The position numbers were made by a program, and so were the translations under genes. Positions 8,299-19,551 of a DNA stretch of 64,000 nucleotides are shown here, piece after piece. Each line of letters begins with the position of its first letter. The stretch's first letter is position 1. This stretch comes from Polyangiales bacterium (lineage in GTDB: Bacteria > Myxococcota_A > Polyangia > Polyangiales > Ga0077539). Below the pieces are notes generated by a model, which had not been told where the DNA came from, searched no databases, and saw only the letters and a program-made list of their open reading frames with translations. Where the stretch lies: positions 544,001 through 608,000 of the forward strand of contig JBGARZ010000003.1 of the NCBI GenBank assembly GCA_044229975.1, written 5' to 3'.

Positions 8299-10224
8299 TC
8301 AGCCCGCGCCAAGCCGCTGCTGCACGAACGCGCGAAGCGTCGTGAAGGAGATGGGCTTCTCCAGACAGGTGTTGGGAATCGACGCGAGAAACTCCAGCTC
8401 CCGCACGCTCTGCGCCCCGCCCGACAGAAACACCACGCGCGCCGCGACGTCGGGGCGCTCGCGGAGGAGGCGCTCGTACAGCTCCATGCCCGTCATGTGC
8501 GGCATGATCACGTCGCTGAAGATCATGTCGAAGCGCTCTCCTCGCTCCAGCAGCGCGAGCGCCTCGGCGGCGCCCTCCAACGCGACGACGTCGTGATCGC
8601 CCAGCACGCGCTTCAACGTGCGCAGCACCATGGGCTCGTCGTCGACCAGCAGGATGCGGCCGCGCCGCGGGGCGACGACGGGGGCGGGCGTGGGTGCCTC
8701 GTCCGTCCTCTTGGGCTGCGCCGCCGGGAGAAACAGGCGGAAGACCGACCCCCGACCGAGCTCGCTCTCGGCCTCGATGTGTCCGCCGACGGAGGTGGCG
8801 ATGCCGTGACAGATGGCGAGCCCCAGCCCCGTCCCAACGCCCACCTCCCTCGTCGTGAAGAACGGGTCGAAGACCTGCTTCAATACCTCGGGGGTCATCC
8901 CCGCGCCGGTGTCGCGCACCTCGATCACCACGGCGTCACCCTCGGCGCGCGCCCGCACGGAGACCTCATTGTCGTCGAAGTGCCCGGAGGCGATGGCGTG
9001 GCCGGCGTTGACCATGAGGTTCACCAGGATCTGCCCGAGGCGCGTCTCGTCGACCTTCACCCGCGGCAGCGCGGCGGGAATGTCGGTGACGACCCGCGCC
9101 CGGTGACGAAGCTCGTGCTCCGTCGAGCGCACCACCCAGTGCACGGCGCGCGCGACGTCGGACTCCGTCGGCGACGGAACCGCGGGGCGAGCGAAGAGCC
9201 GGAGGTCCGACACGATGCGGGCGATGCGTTTGGCCGCGGGCTCGATCTCGCCTTGCGCGCCCAGCAGCTCGTCGAAGCGCGCGAGCTCGGTCGCGCCCCC
9301 GCCGAGGCGGGCGAAGTGGGCGCGCAGGTCTCGCAGCTCGGACTCGACGTAGGCCGCGTTGGCGACCACCACCGCGAGGGGGTTGTTGACCTCGTGCGCC
9401 ACGCCGGCGGCGAGGGTTCCCAGCGACGCGAGGCGGTCGGAGACCTCCAGGCGCTTCTGGAGCGACCGCTGCTCGGTGACGTCGCGAAAGACCATGACAG
9501 CCCCGAGCAGCTCGTCCCGGTCGACGACCATGGTCGCGCTGTCCGAGATGATGCGATCGGTCTTGGTCGGGTGAGCGAGCGAAGCCTCCTCGATGGTGAG
9601 GTTGCGCCGTTGTACCAGCACCTCGTCGAGGGGCGAGCGGGGTACGTCGGGCGTTTGCAGCCGAACGATCTCCCGCGCCGGGTGGCCGAGCGCCTCGGTC
9701 GACGCGACGCCGACCAGCGCCTCGGCCGCGGGGTTGATGAAGGTGACCCGGCCCGACAGATCGACGGCGATCACCGCGTCGCCGATGGACCGCAGCGTCG
9801 TCGAGAACCACCGCTCGCGCTCGCGCAGCAGCCGCTCCATCCCGTGGCGGTAGATGGAGACCTCGATCGCGCTCCGCAGCTCCGCCGGCTTGATGGGCTT
9901 CATCAGGTAGCCGGAGGGCTCGGTCTTCTTGGCGCGCTCGACGGTCGCCTCGTCGGCGTGCGCGGTGAGGTAGATTACCGGCACGCCGAAGCGCTCACGG
10001 AGCAGCCCCGCCGTCTCCACGCCGTCCTGGCTGCCCTTGATGCGGATGTCCATCAGCACGAGGTCGGGGCAGCGCTCGGACGCCCGGTTCAACGCGTCCG
10101 TCGCGTTGGAGGCGATGGCGAAGGCGTCGTAGCCCATCTCCAGCAGCGTCTGCTGGAGGTCCATGGCGAAGATGCCCTCGTCCTCGACGATGAGCACGGA
10201 GTGGGGGCGGTCGCGCGTCGTCAT
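8299..10224 (-). CDS. Hybrid sensor histidine kinase (REC-PAS-HisKA-HATPase-REC)
   Basis: LIVEDE receiver, SIGDAVIAVD PAS, AHEVNNPL, FDPFFTT, GTGLGL, C-terminal LLVDDE receiver. Confidence 0.93.
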   Translation of the reverse strand: MTTRDRPHSVLIVEDEGIFAMDLQQTLLEMGYDAFAIASNATDALNRASERCPDLVLMDIRIKGSQDGVETAGLLRERFGVPVIYLTAHADEATVERAKKTEPSGYLMKPIKPAELRSAIEVSIYRHGMERLLRERERWFSTTLRSIGDAVIAVDLSGRVTFINPAAEALVGVASTEALGHPAREIVRLQTPDVPRSPLDEVLVQRRNLTIEEASLAHPTKTDRIISDSATMVVDRDELLGAVMVFRDVTEQRSLQKRLEVSDRLASLGTLAAGVAHEVNNPLAVVVANAAYVESELRDLRAHFARLGGGATELARFDELLGAQGEIEPAAKRIARIVSDLRLFARPAVPSPTESDVARAVHWVVRSTEHELRHRARVVTDIPAALPRVKVDETRLGQILVNLMVNAGHAIASGHFDDNEVSVRARAEGDAVVIEVRDTGAGMTPEVLKQVFDPFFTTREVGVGTGLGLAICHGIATSVGGHIEAESELGRGSVFRLFLPAAQPKRTDEAPTPAPVVAPRRGRILLVDDEPMVLRTLKRVLGDHDVVALEGAAEALALLERGERFDMIFSDVIMPHMTGMELYERLLRERPDVAARVVFLSGGAQSVRELEFLASIPNTCLEKPISFTTLRAFVQQRLGAG

Positions 10225-11294
10225 CGGTCTCCCTCGAAGATCAGCTGGAAGGTGGTCCCGAGCCCGCGCGTGACCGCGAGCTCGGCGCCGAGCTGCGTGG
10301 CGAGCGTCCGCACCAATTGCATGCCCATGGAGGTGGTGCGGTTGAGGTCGAAGCCGACGGGCAGGCCGATGCCGTCGTCGCTCACGGTGAGCCGGAGGCG
10401 CTGCCCGTCGTGTCGGCCGAGCGCCACGCGGAGGGCGCCGCGGCGCCCGTCGGGGAAGGCGTGCTTCAGGGCGTTGGTGAGGAGCTCGTTGATGACCAGG
10501 CCGCACGGAATCGCCCGGTCGATGCCGAGGCCCACATCGTCGATCGCGAGCTCCAGCGACACGCCCGAGGCCCCGACGGCGTGCACGACGCTCGCCGCAA
10601 GGCTGCGGACGTACTGGTCGAGGCGCACCTGGGCGTAGTTCTTCTCGCCGTAGAGCTGCTCGTGGATGAGGGCGATGGTGAGCACGCGGGTCTGGCACTC
10701 GACGAGGGCGTCGCGGCTCGTGCCGGGCTCCAGGCGGCGCACCTGCATGTTGATGAGGCTGGAGATCACCTGGAGGTTGTTCTTGACGCGGTGGTGGATC
10801 TCCTGGAGCAGCACCTCGCGCTCCTTGAGGTGCTGGGTGAGCAGCACCTCGCGGGCGCGGAGTTCTTCCTCCTGATGGCGACGCTCGGTGACGTCGCGGG
10901 TCACCTTGGCGAAGCCACCGATGCTCCCGTCGGCCTCGCGCACCGCGGTGACGAGCACGTTTGCCCAGAACCGCGTCCCATCCTTCCGCACCCGCCATCC
11001 CTCCTCCGCGTAGCGACCGTGCACGCGGGCGTGGGCGAGCTCCTCGGCGGGGTGGTCGCGGGCGATGTCTTCGGGCGTGTAGAAGAGCGCGAAGCTGCGC
11101 CCGATGACCTCTGCCGCCGCCTATCCCTTGAGGCGTTGCGCACCCGAGTTCCAGGTCACGATGAGCCCGTCGGGGTCGAGCATGAAGATCGCGTAGTCCT
11201 GCACCGCCTCGACGAAGATGCGGAGGCGCTCCTCGCCCCGGGAGGGAGTCAGGGCGGCGCGAGGCAACCGGCGGGCGGGGCGGCGTAGGCGCAT
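10221..11294 (-). pseudogene. PAS-domain histidine kinase (HisKA_2 type) interrupted by in-frame TAG at 11121-11123
   Basis: Same frame throughout: VQDYAIFMLDPDG..TWNSGAQRLKG*AAAEVIGRSFALFY...RKDGTRFWA...EIHHRVKNNLQ; the stop sits at the conserved PAS G-Y position. Confidence 0.85.
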
Positions 11295-11314
11295 CGTGTC
11301 ATCGGGACGCCGCG

Positions 11315-12706
<1,392 letters not shown>

Positions 12707-12806
12707 AGGGGCGCGGGTGTAAGCCCAAACGCAGCGCGAGCGAAAGCGCGGATGGTCACGAGAGCCCCAGTTGCGGCCGGAGCCCTCGCGGGGGTGCAAT
12801 CACGCG

Positions 12807-13880
12807 ATGGGTGCCTGGAAGCTTGGACTACTGGTCGTGGCGTTGGGTTGCGCCACCGAGGAGACGGCCGCGGTCAAGGTGATCGACGTCGACGCGGGCT
12901 CACCCCACGGCGACACCGGGTCGCGCGGCGACGGCGCGACGGCGACGCCGACGGACGCGGGGCGCATGGACGCCGGGCGCCCGACGGGCGACGCGGCGAC
13001 GGGGACGGACTCCACCACCGGGAGCGATGTGCGTGCGGGGACCGATCGGCCGACGACGCTGCCCGACGGCGCGTTGATCGAGCTGTGCGACAACGGCGAC
13101 GACGACGACCGCGACGGGATGATCGACGAGGGCTGCGCCTGCGCGCCGGGGATGATGCAGTCGTGCATGCCGGGCGACCCGACGCGGGCGGGCGTGGGCG
13201 CCTGCCACCGGGGGACGCAGCGCTGCGAGGGCCTCGGGGAGTTCGGGATGTGGGGCGCGTGCACGGGCGCGGGGGTGCCGACGCCCGAGGCGTGCAACGG
13301 CATCGACGACGACTGCGACGGGCGCGTCGACGAGGAGTGCACGCCGTGCATCGACACGCCGGGCAGCAGCACGCCGTGGCAGATGCACCTGGGCGCGGGG
13401 CCGTCGTGCTTCGGGCGCACCTTCGACTCCAACGGCGACACGGGGGAGTACGCGTTCGCGTCGATTCCGCCGGAGGCTGATCCGGGGTGGCGCGAGCACG
13501 CGTCGGACACCATCTCCTTCGACGATCCGTCGACCCTGTGCGACGTGTGCGAGTGCCGCGCGGGCGGGGACTTCACGTACTTCCAGACGACGTTCTACGT
13601 ACCCGCGGCGGCGACGGTGACGAGCCTGCGGGTGGCCATCGGGACGGTCGATGATGGGGTGAGCGTGACCGTCTACAACAGCATGTACCCGGCGGGCATC
13701 GTCGACCCGGGGGCGTACGCGTTCCTGGGCGGAGGGAGCACGGCCGACCTCGCGCGGTACATCATCCCGGGGCGCAACCGGGTGGTGCTGACGCACGTCG
13801 ACGACTGCTGCTCGGTGCGGGCCATCCGCGGGGCGACCATCACGCTCAACGGGATGACCCTGAACCGCTGCGCGATGTGA
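12807..13880 (+). CDS. Lipoprotein with MopE-like putative metal-binding repeats
   Basis: Lipobox ALGC; ELCDNGDDDDRDGMIDEGC and PEACNGIDDDCDGRVDE motifs; C-terminal beta-sandwich-like region. Confidence 0.75.
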   Translation: MGAWKLGLLVVALGCATEETAAVKVIDVDAGSPHGDTGSRGDGATATPTDAGRMDAGRPTGDAATGTDSTTGSDVRAGTDRPTTLPDGALIELCDNGDDDDRDGMIDEGCACAPGMMQSCMPGDPTRAGVGACHRGTQRCEGLGEFGMWGACTGAGVPTPEACNGIDDDCDGRVDEECTPCIDTPGSSTPWQMHLGAGPSCFGRTFDSNGDTGEYAFASIPPEADPGWREHASDTISFDDPSTLCDVCECRAGGDFTYFQTTFYVPAAATVTSLRVAIGTVDDGVSVTVYNSMYPAGIVDPGAYAFLGGGSTADLARYIIPGRNRVVLTHVDDCCSVRAIRGATITLNGMTLNRCAM

Positions 13881-14470
13881 GCGCCGTGCGCCTGCTCGCG
13901 GCGACGCTGTTCGTGGGGTGCGCGTCGACGGTGTCGACGTCGGACGCGAGCGTCGACGCGACGGCGGCGGACGCGATGGTGTGCGTGCCCGCGCGAACGT
14001 GCTCGGCGGCGGCCTTGCCGGAGGTGAGCGCCGCGGCCTGCTACGCGCCGGGCGGTGTCGCTCTGACGCCGGCGAGCGTCTCACTCTCGTTCTGTCGCTG
14101 CCTCCACGGCTTCGGCCCTGGCGTCGAAGGAACCCTCGCCGTCTCGCTCGCCAACCAGACCACTCGCGCGATCGAGGTCGGCCTCGACCCGACGCTCACG
14201 CTCACCGCGGTCGCCGACGGACAGCCCGTCCCGCTCGGCGCCTGCTGCACGGTACACATCGCACGCAGCTACTCCTGCGAGGGCGACCCGATGCCGTGGC
14301 GGGGCCACGTCGATCCGGCGCGCACCGAGCGCCTCCGCGTAGACGTGCATATCGATGCGCCCGAGAGGCCGCCGGGCCGCTACCGGGTCAGGCTCACGGT
14401 CTCCATCGATGGAACGCCTCGCGTCATCGACATGGGCGAGGCCGATTTGGGTCTCGCGCCGACGCCCTGA
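13877..14470 (+). CDS. Hypothetical Cys-rich lipoprotein
   Basis: Lipobox FVGC; GTGA overlap with the upstream gene. Confidence 0.65.
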   Translation: MSAVRLLAATLFVGCASTVSTSDASVDATAADAMVCVPARTCSAAALPEVSAAACYAPGGVALTPASVSLSFCRCLHGFGPGVEGTLAVSLANQTTRAIEVGLDPTLTLTAVADGQPVPLGACCTVHIARSYSCEGDPMPWRGHVDPARTERLRVDVHIDAPERPPGRYRVRLTVSIDGTPRVIDMGEADLGLAPTP

Positions 14471-14534
14471 AAGCGCGACCTCGCTCACATCCCTGCGACC
14501 CTTGCGGCCGCTCTTCCCGAAGCACCCTCGCCCG

Positions 14535-15698
14535 CTACTTCAGCGCGTCGAGGATCTTCATCAACGACGCGCGCACCGCGGGGATGAACCCGCCGATGAC
14601 GCCCATCACGCCCGCGAAGACCAGCGAGGCCAGGAGAATCCCCGGCGTCGGCGCGAACTCGAACGAGATCTCCGCGAAGCTGGAGAAGTTCACGATGCTC
14701 AGCCGCGCGAACTTCATCAGCGTCGCCGCGGCGGCCCCGATGACGCCGCCCACCAGCGAGAGCACCACGCTCTCGAACATGAACGCCGCCATGATGCTCA
14801 GCCGCGAGAAGCCGAGCGCGCGCAGCGTCCCGATCTCCCGCTGACGCGCCGCCACGGCGGCGTGCATGGTGATCATCGCCCCGATGATCGCGCCGAAGGA
14901 GAAGAACACCGCGACCAGCATGCCGATGGCCGTGATGAAGGTGCTCGTGCCCTGCGACTGCTCCTCGTACCAGGTCGACTCGCGCTTCACGTCGACGCCG
15001 AGCTGACGGTTGGACTCCAGCGAGGTGCGCAGCGCGTCGAAGCCCGCGGCGCTGTTGAGCCGCACCCGCACCGAAGACACCGAGTTCGAGCGGCCGAAGA
15101 CCGAGCGCAGCACGTCGCGGTCGGCCCACACCTCGCTCTCGTACGACGAGCCGCCGTCGGAGATGACGCCCACCACCGTGAGGCGACGGTTCTTCTTCAC
15201 CTCGAAGGACTGCCCCAGGTCGAGGCCGCGGAAGCGCCCACGAATGGACGCGCCGACCATGCACTCGTCGGTGCCCGCCCTCGCCGCTCGCCCCGCGATC
15301 ACCCTCACGTTGGGGCGAAACGCGAACACGTCGTCGTTCACCCCGCGCACGCTGACGTTGGAGACACCGTCGGTGCCGAGCTTGTCGAGGATGATGACCA
15401 CCACCGTCTCGGACACCGCGTCGGGTCGCCCGTCGGCGCGCCTCCGGACGCCCGCGGCGTTCATCACGAGGCCGGCGCTCGGGAGGTCGAGGTCGCTGGA
15501 GATCTCGGCGTCGGCGCCGTCGCGCACCACCACGGCGACGTCGTCGGAGCCGGAGCGACCGAGCGTCTTCTTGATGCCGTTGGAGAGCATCAGCACCGAC
15601 GCGAACACGAACACCACCAGCCCGATGCCCGTCGCCGTCGCCACGGTCGTCGTGGTGCGGACCCGGAGGTTGCGGACGCTGTACGAGAGCGGAACCAT
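14535..15698 (-). CDS. ABC transporter permease (FtsX/MacB family)
   Basis: RQREIGTLRALGFSR motif, large periplasmic domain, C-terminal TMs. Confidence 0.93.
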   Translation of the reverse strand: MVPLSYSVRNLRVRTTTTVATATGIGLVVFVFASVLMLSNGIKKTLGRSGSDDVAVVVRDGADAEISSDLDLPSAGLVMNAAGVRRRADGRPDAVSETVVVIILDKLGTDGVSNVSVRGVNDDVFAFRPNVRVIAGRAARAGTDECMVGASIRGRFRGLDLGQSFEVKKNRRLTVVGVISDGGSSYESEVWADRDVLRSVFGRSNSVSSVRVRLNSAAGFDALRTSLESNRQLGVDVKRESTWYEEQSQGTSTFITAIGMLVAVFFSFGAIIGAMITMHAAVAARQREIGTLRALGFSRLSIMAAFMFESVVLSLVGGVIGAAAATLMKFARLSIVNFSSFAEISFEFAPTPGILLASLVFAGVMGVIGGFIPAVRASLMKILDALK

Positions 15699-15715
15699 CG
15701 CGACCTCTCCTTCCT

Positions 15716-16882
15716 TCAGTCCAGGCGCCGCAGCGCCTCGGTGACCTCAAGCTTCGAGGCCCGCCACGCCGGAATGGCCGACGACAGCAGCCCCAGCGCC
15801 ACCGACATCCCCACCGCCTGCACGATGGTCGTCGGGTCGATGCGGAAGTACGGCATCATGGCGCCCTGGTTCTCCTCGATCCATCGGCCGAGGAGGCGCT
15901 CGACGAAGGGGTACGACAGCAGCACGCCCGCGACGCCCGCGAAGGCCCCGAGCGTGCACGCCTCCAGCACGATGAAGGCCGCGACGTGCTTCGGCAGGAA
16001 GCCCAGCGCGCGGAGCGTCCCGTACTCCTGGGTGCGCTCGCGCACGCCCATCGCGACGGTGTTGCCCAGCAGCAGCCCGAGGATGCCGAGGATCACCAGG
16101 GAGATCACGTTGATGGCCGTGAACATCCCCGACATCATCCCCATGAACGAGAGGTTCATCGCCCGCTCGCTCATCGACGTGGTCTGCGTGTCCTGCACGT
16201 CGAACACCCGGTCGATGGCCTGCGAGATGGCCGCCGCGCGGGACGGCCGGTCGATGCGCGCGATGATCCACCCGATGCGATCGCGCCGCCCGACGGGCAC
16301 CGAGTCGTTGAGGTAGCGGTAGTGGAAGATGAACTGCGAGCGGTCGACCGAGCGCCGCGTCGCTTGATAGATGCCGTCGACGGTGAACTCCCAGTCGCCG
16401 GGGTAGATCGTCCCGCGCAGCGTGACGCGGTCGCCGACGTGCCAGTTCATCTTGCGGGCGAGGACGTCGCCGACGATCGCGCCGCGGCGGTCTTCGCGCC
16501 AGCGGGTGAGCGCCGCCGGCTCGACGCGCATCTCGTCGTAGACCTCGAAGAAGGTGCCCGAGTCGACGGCCATCGAGGCGAAGAACTCGTTGGGGTGCGT
16601 CGGGCTCTTGGCGCCGAACCAGTTGGCCCACGTCGCCGTGCGAACGCCGTCGACCTGCCGCACCTGATCGGCGTAGCGCAGCGGCAGGTCGAGCACGAAG
16701 GACACCTTGTGGCGCGTGGCCACGCGGTCGGCCGACGCAGCGTCGACGGAGATGCTCGTCGACGTGATGACCGTCCGCAGCAGGATGAACGCCACCACCG
16801 CCACCGCCACGCCCGTGACCGTCATCACGGCGCGGAAGCGGTTGCGCCACACGTTGCGGGCGGCGATGGAGGCGAGGTTCAT
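15716..16882 (-). CDS. ABC transporter permease (FtsX/MacB family)
   Basis: RNVWRNRFR start; VRERTQEYGTLRALGF. Confidence 0.93.
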   Translation of the reverse strand: MNLASIAARNVWRNRFRAVMTVTGVAVAVVAFILLRTVITSTSISVDAASADRVATRHKVSFVLDLPLRYADQVRQVDGVRTATWANWFGAKSPTHPNEFFASMAVDSGTFFEVYDEMRVEPAALTRWREDRRGAIVGDVLARKMNWHVGDRVTLRGTIYPGDWEFTVDGIYQATRRSVDRSQFIFHYRYLNDSVPVGRRDRIGWIIARIDRPSRAAAISQAIDRVFDVQDTQTTSMSERAMNLSFMGMMSGMFTAINVISLVILGILGLLLGNTVAMGVRERTQEYGTLRALGFLPKHVAAFIVLEACTLGAFAGVAGVLLSYPFVERLLGRWIEENQGAMMPYFRIDPTTIVQAVGMSVALGLLSSAIPAWRASKLEVTEALRRLD

Positions 16883-17601
16883 TGGAGCGTCCCCTTGTCC
16901 ATGCGCCGGATGATGGCCGCCCGCTCGGCCGCCGCGGGGTCGTGGGTGACCATCACGATGGTCTTCTTCATCTCGGTGTTGAGCTTCACCAGCAGGTCGA
17001 GAATCGCGTCAGCGCTCTTGCGATCGAGGTCACCCGTCGGCTCGTCGGCCACCAGGATGTTGGGGTCGTTGACGATGGCCCTCGCGATGGCGACGCGCTG
17101 CTCCTGCCCACCCGAGAGCTGTCGGGGGTAGTGCCCGACGCGGTCTTCGAGGCCGACCACGCGCAGCGCGATGAGGGCGCGCTTCTTCCGCTCGGCGCTC
17201 GACAGCTTCGTGAGCAGCAGCGGGAGCTCGACGTTTTCCGCGGCGTTGAGCACCGGCATGAGGTTGTACGACTGGAAGACGAAGCCGAGGTTGCGCGCGC
17301 GGAAGGCGGCGAGCTGCGCGTCGCTCATCCCGCTGAGCTTGTTGCCCGCGACGGTGACCTGCCCCGAGGTCGCGCGGTCGAGGCCCGCGATGAGGTGCAG
17401 CAGCGTGCTCTTGCCCGATCCCGACGGGCCCATGAGCGCGACGAAGCTCCCGCCTGGAATCTCCATGTCGAGCCCATCGAGCACGGTGAGCGCCTCGCCC
17501 CCGCGGTGAAAGGTCTTCACCACCCGCTGGAGGCTCACGATCGCCTCTTCCTTCGGGGGCGTGCGGTAGGCGCCCTTGTCGGCCTCGTCACTCGTCGTCA
17601 T
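16879..17601 (-). CDS. ABC transporter ATP-binding protein (LolD/MacB type)
   Basis: GPSGSGKST, LSGGQEQRVAIARA, ADEPTGDLD, VTHD. Confidence 0.96.
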   Translation of the reverse strand: MTTSDEADKGAYRTPPKEEAIVSLQRVVKTFHRGGEALTVLDGLDMEIPGGSFVALMGPSGSGKSTLLHLIAGLDRATSGQVTVAGNKLSGMSDAQLAAFRARNLGFVFQSYNLMPVLNAAENVELPLLLTKLSSAERKKRALIALRVVGLEDRVGHYPRQLSGGQEQRVAIARAIVNDPNILVADEPTGDLDRKSADAILDLLVKLNTEMKKTIVMVTHDPAAAERAAIIRRMDKGTLQ

Positions 17602-18851
17602 CGCGTGATCTCCTTCACCGGATTGCCGTCCGCCAGGGTGGCCGGCGGGGACAACACCACGTGCGTCCCCGGCGCCGGACCCTGCACCAACTCCACCGTG
17701 TCGCCGGTGCGGGCGCCGAGCGTCACCGGGTGCCGCCGCAGCACGCCGTCCTCGACGGTGAACACCACCTGCACGCCGCCGCGCGCCGTCACCGCTGTCG
17801 CCGGGACCACCGCGTGCGGCCTCGCCTGCAACGCCTCCTGCGACACCGCCGCCGTGAGGAAGCTCACCCGCGCGCTCATCTCGGGCAGCACCCCGGCGGC
17901 CTCGTCGGCGAAGCGCACCCGCACCGGGATGGTCGCCTTCGCGCGGTCGACCCGGTGCCCGAGCTCGGACACCGTGCACCGCACCCGCCGATCGGGAAAC
18001 GCGTCGAGCACCACCTCGCACGGACCGTCGACGCGCACGAGCCCGAGCCTCGCTTCCGGCACGTCGACCTCCACCACGATGGAGCGCGGGTCCATGATCT
18101 CGATGACCGGGCTCGCGGCCGTGTTGGTCGTGCCGGCGATCATCCCTGCACCCACCACCTCGCCGATCTGCGGCGGCCGGTTGAGCACGATGCCGTCGAA
18201 GGGCGCCGTCAACGTGAGCTGCCCGAGGTTGACCCGCAGGCTCGCCACCTCCGCCTGCGCCGCCCTCGCCTCCGCCTCGGCCGCCGTGATGGACGCCCGC
18301 AATGCACCGATGCGCGCGTCGAGGTCTTCCACCACCGAGCGCGCCGCCGAGCCCGCCGCGACCAGCCGTCGCTGCCGCTCGACGTTGACCTGCGCCTCGG
18401 CGAGGTTGGCCCGCGCGACCGCCACGCGCGCCTGCGCCGAGAGCGCCCGCGCCTGCGCCGTCGCGATGCCCGCGCGCTGCTCCACCGCGTCGAGGGTCAG
18501 GAGCACCTGCCCCTCATGCACCGCTTCGCCCTCGCGCACCGCCACACGCGCCACCCGTCCCGGCACCCGCGGCTGAACGCGCGACAGCGTGAGCGCGATG
18601 ACGTAGCCCGTGGCCGTGACGCTGGTCGACGCCTGCGTCGGCGACACGAGCGTCACCTCGCCGGTGCGCACCTCCGTCTTGAACACGCGCGCCTGCACCC
18701 GCGGCCACGCGTAGGCCGCTCCCGCACCGAGCGCGCCCAGCACCGCGAGCCACACCACCACGCGGCCGATGGCGCTCGGAGCGCCTGAGCTCGGCGGCGG
18801 ATCACGGTCGATGCGAAGCGCATGGAGGTCGGCGGAGAGCTGGTCCGACAT
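17598..18851 (-). CDS. Periplasmic adaptor (MFP/HlyD family) of the ABC exporter
   Basis: TM anchor, lipoyl halves (V.EGEAV..GQVL; APFDGIV), coiled coil, LPEMSARV. Confidence 0.92.
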   Translation of the reverse strand: MSDQLSADLHALRIDRDPPPSSGAPSAIGRVVVWLAVLGALGAGAAYAWPRVQARVFKTEVRTGEVTLVSPTQASTSVTATGYVIALTLSRVQPRVPGRVARVAVREGEAVHEGQVLLTLDAVEQRAGIATAQARALSAQARVAVARANLAEAQVNVERQRRLVAAGSAARSVVEDLDARIGALRASITAAEAEARAAQAEVASLRVNLGQLTLTAPFDGIVLNRPPQIGEVVGAGMIAGTTNTAASPVIEIMDPRSIVVEVDVPEARLGLVRVDGPCEVVLDAFPDRRVRCTVSELGHRVDRAKATIPVRVRFADEAAGVLPEMSARVSFLTAAVSQEALQARPHAVVPATAVTARGGVQVVFTVEDGVLRRHPVTLGARTGDTVELVQGPAPGTHVVLSPPATLADGNPVKEITR

Positions 18852-18958
18852 GGCGCCGACGGTCTACCACCGCACGAAGTCCGCGGGGCAATTCGAGACA
18901 CGACGTGGACCCCACCGTGGACATTGGATGACCACGACAGATCTCGCTTCGGTCGACG

Positions 18959-19447
18959 TCAGCCGCCGAGCAGTCGTCGCGCGGTCGCCTTCCGCGCATC
19001 ACGCCGCTCGACCTCCTCCAGCGACGAGAACGACAGGTCGACCTCGACCCGGTAGCTGCCCTCGAAGGCATCGGGCGGATTGCCCTTCCAGTCGTCGGGC
19101 GAGAGCATCGAGAAGTAGTGCCTCGCGCCCTCCCCTTCGCCCTTCCGATAGAGGTGATACGTCTGCCCCGCGACCTTCTGGAACCGGCACTCCGCCTGGT
19201 GCAGCACCACGTCGCGGCGGGCCTTCTCCAGGATGTCCCTCGCCTGCTCCTGAAGCGCGCGAATCTGCTCGGCAATCATCCCGAGGCGGTCGGCGGTGGC
19301 CTCGCCGATGAGGGCGTTGGCCTGGGCGATCTCCTTCGCCACGTCGACCAGCTCGATGGCAGGCGCCAGCCGGCTCTGCCCGTACGGCGACGTCGACGCC
19401 GGGCCTTGGTGGTTGGGACCGGCGTACTTCGTCATGGAGTCACTCAT
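18959..19447 (-). CDS. DUF2452-like protein
   Basis: IAEQIRALQEQAR...LHQAECRFQKVAGQTYHLY...SMLSPDDW pattern. Confidence 0.8.
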   Translation of the reverse strand: MSDSMTKYAGPNHQGPASTSPYGQSRLAPAIELVDVAKEIAQANALIGEATADRLGMIAEQIRALQEQARDILEKARRDVVLHQAECRFQKVAGQTYHLYRKGEGEGARHYFSMLSPDDWKGNPPDAFEGSYRVEVDLSFSSLEEVERRDARKATARRLLGG

Positions 19448-19551
19448 CGGTGGCTTCGATGCTGGCCGACCGGCCGCGGACTCGCAACCGTCGCTTGTGC
19501 CGACTCGGCAGAGCCCCGACACTCCGCTCCCCTCGACCGAAGGAGCAGCCG

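Noticed and set aside
11121..11123. Genome-wide TAG recoding or pyrrolysine
   Set aside because: TAG ends ordinary genes here (e.g. 7514, 14535, 25238), no pyl genes are seen, and there is only one case.
19448..19551. ZTP or other riboswitch upstream of glyA
   Set aside because: The short divergent intergenic region lacks the conserved elements I would expect; an Rfam scan would settle it.
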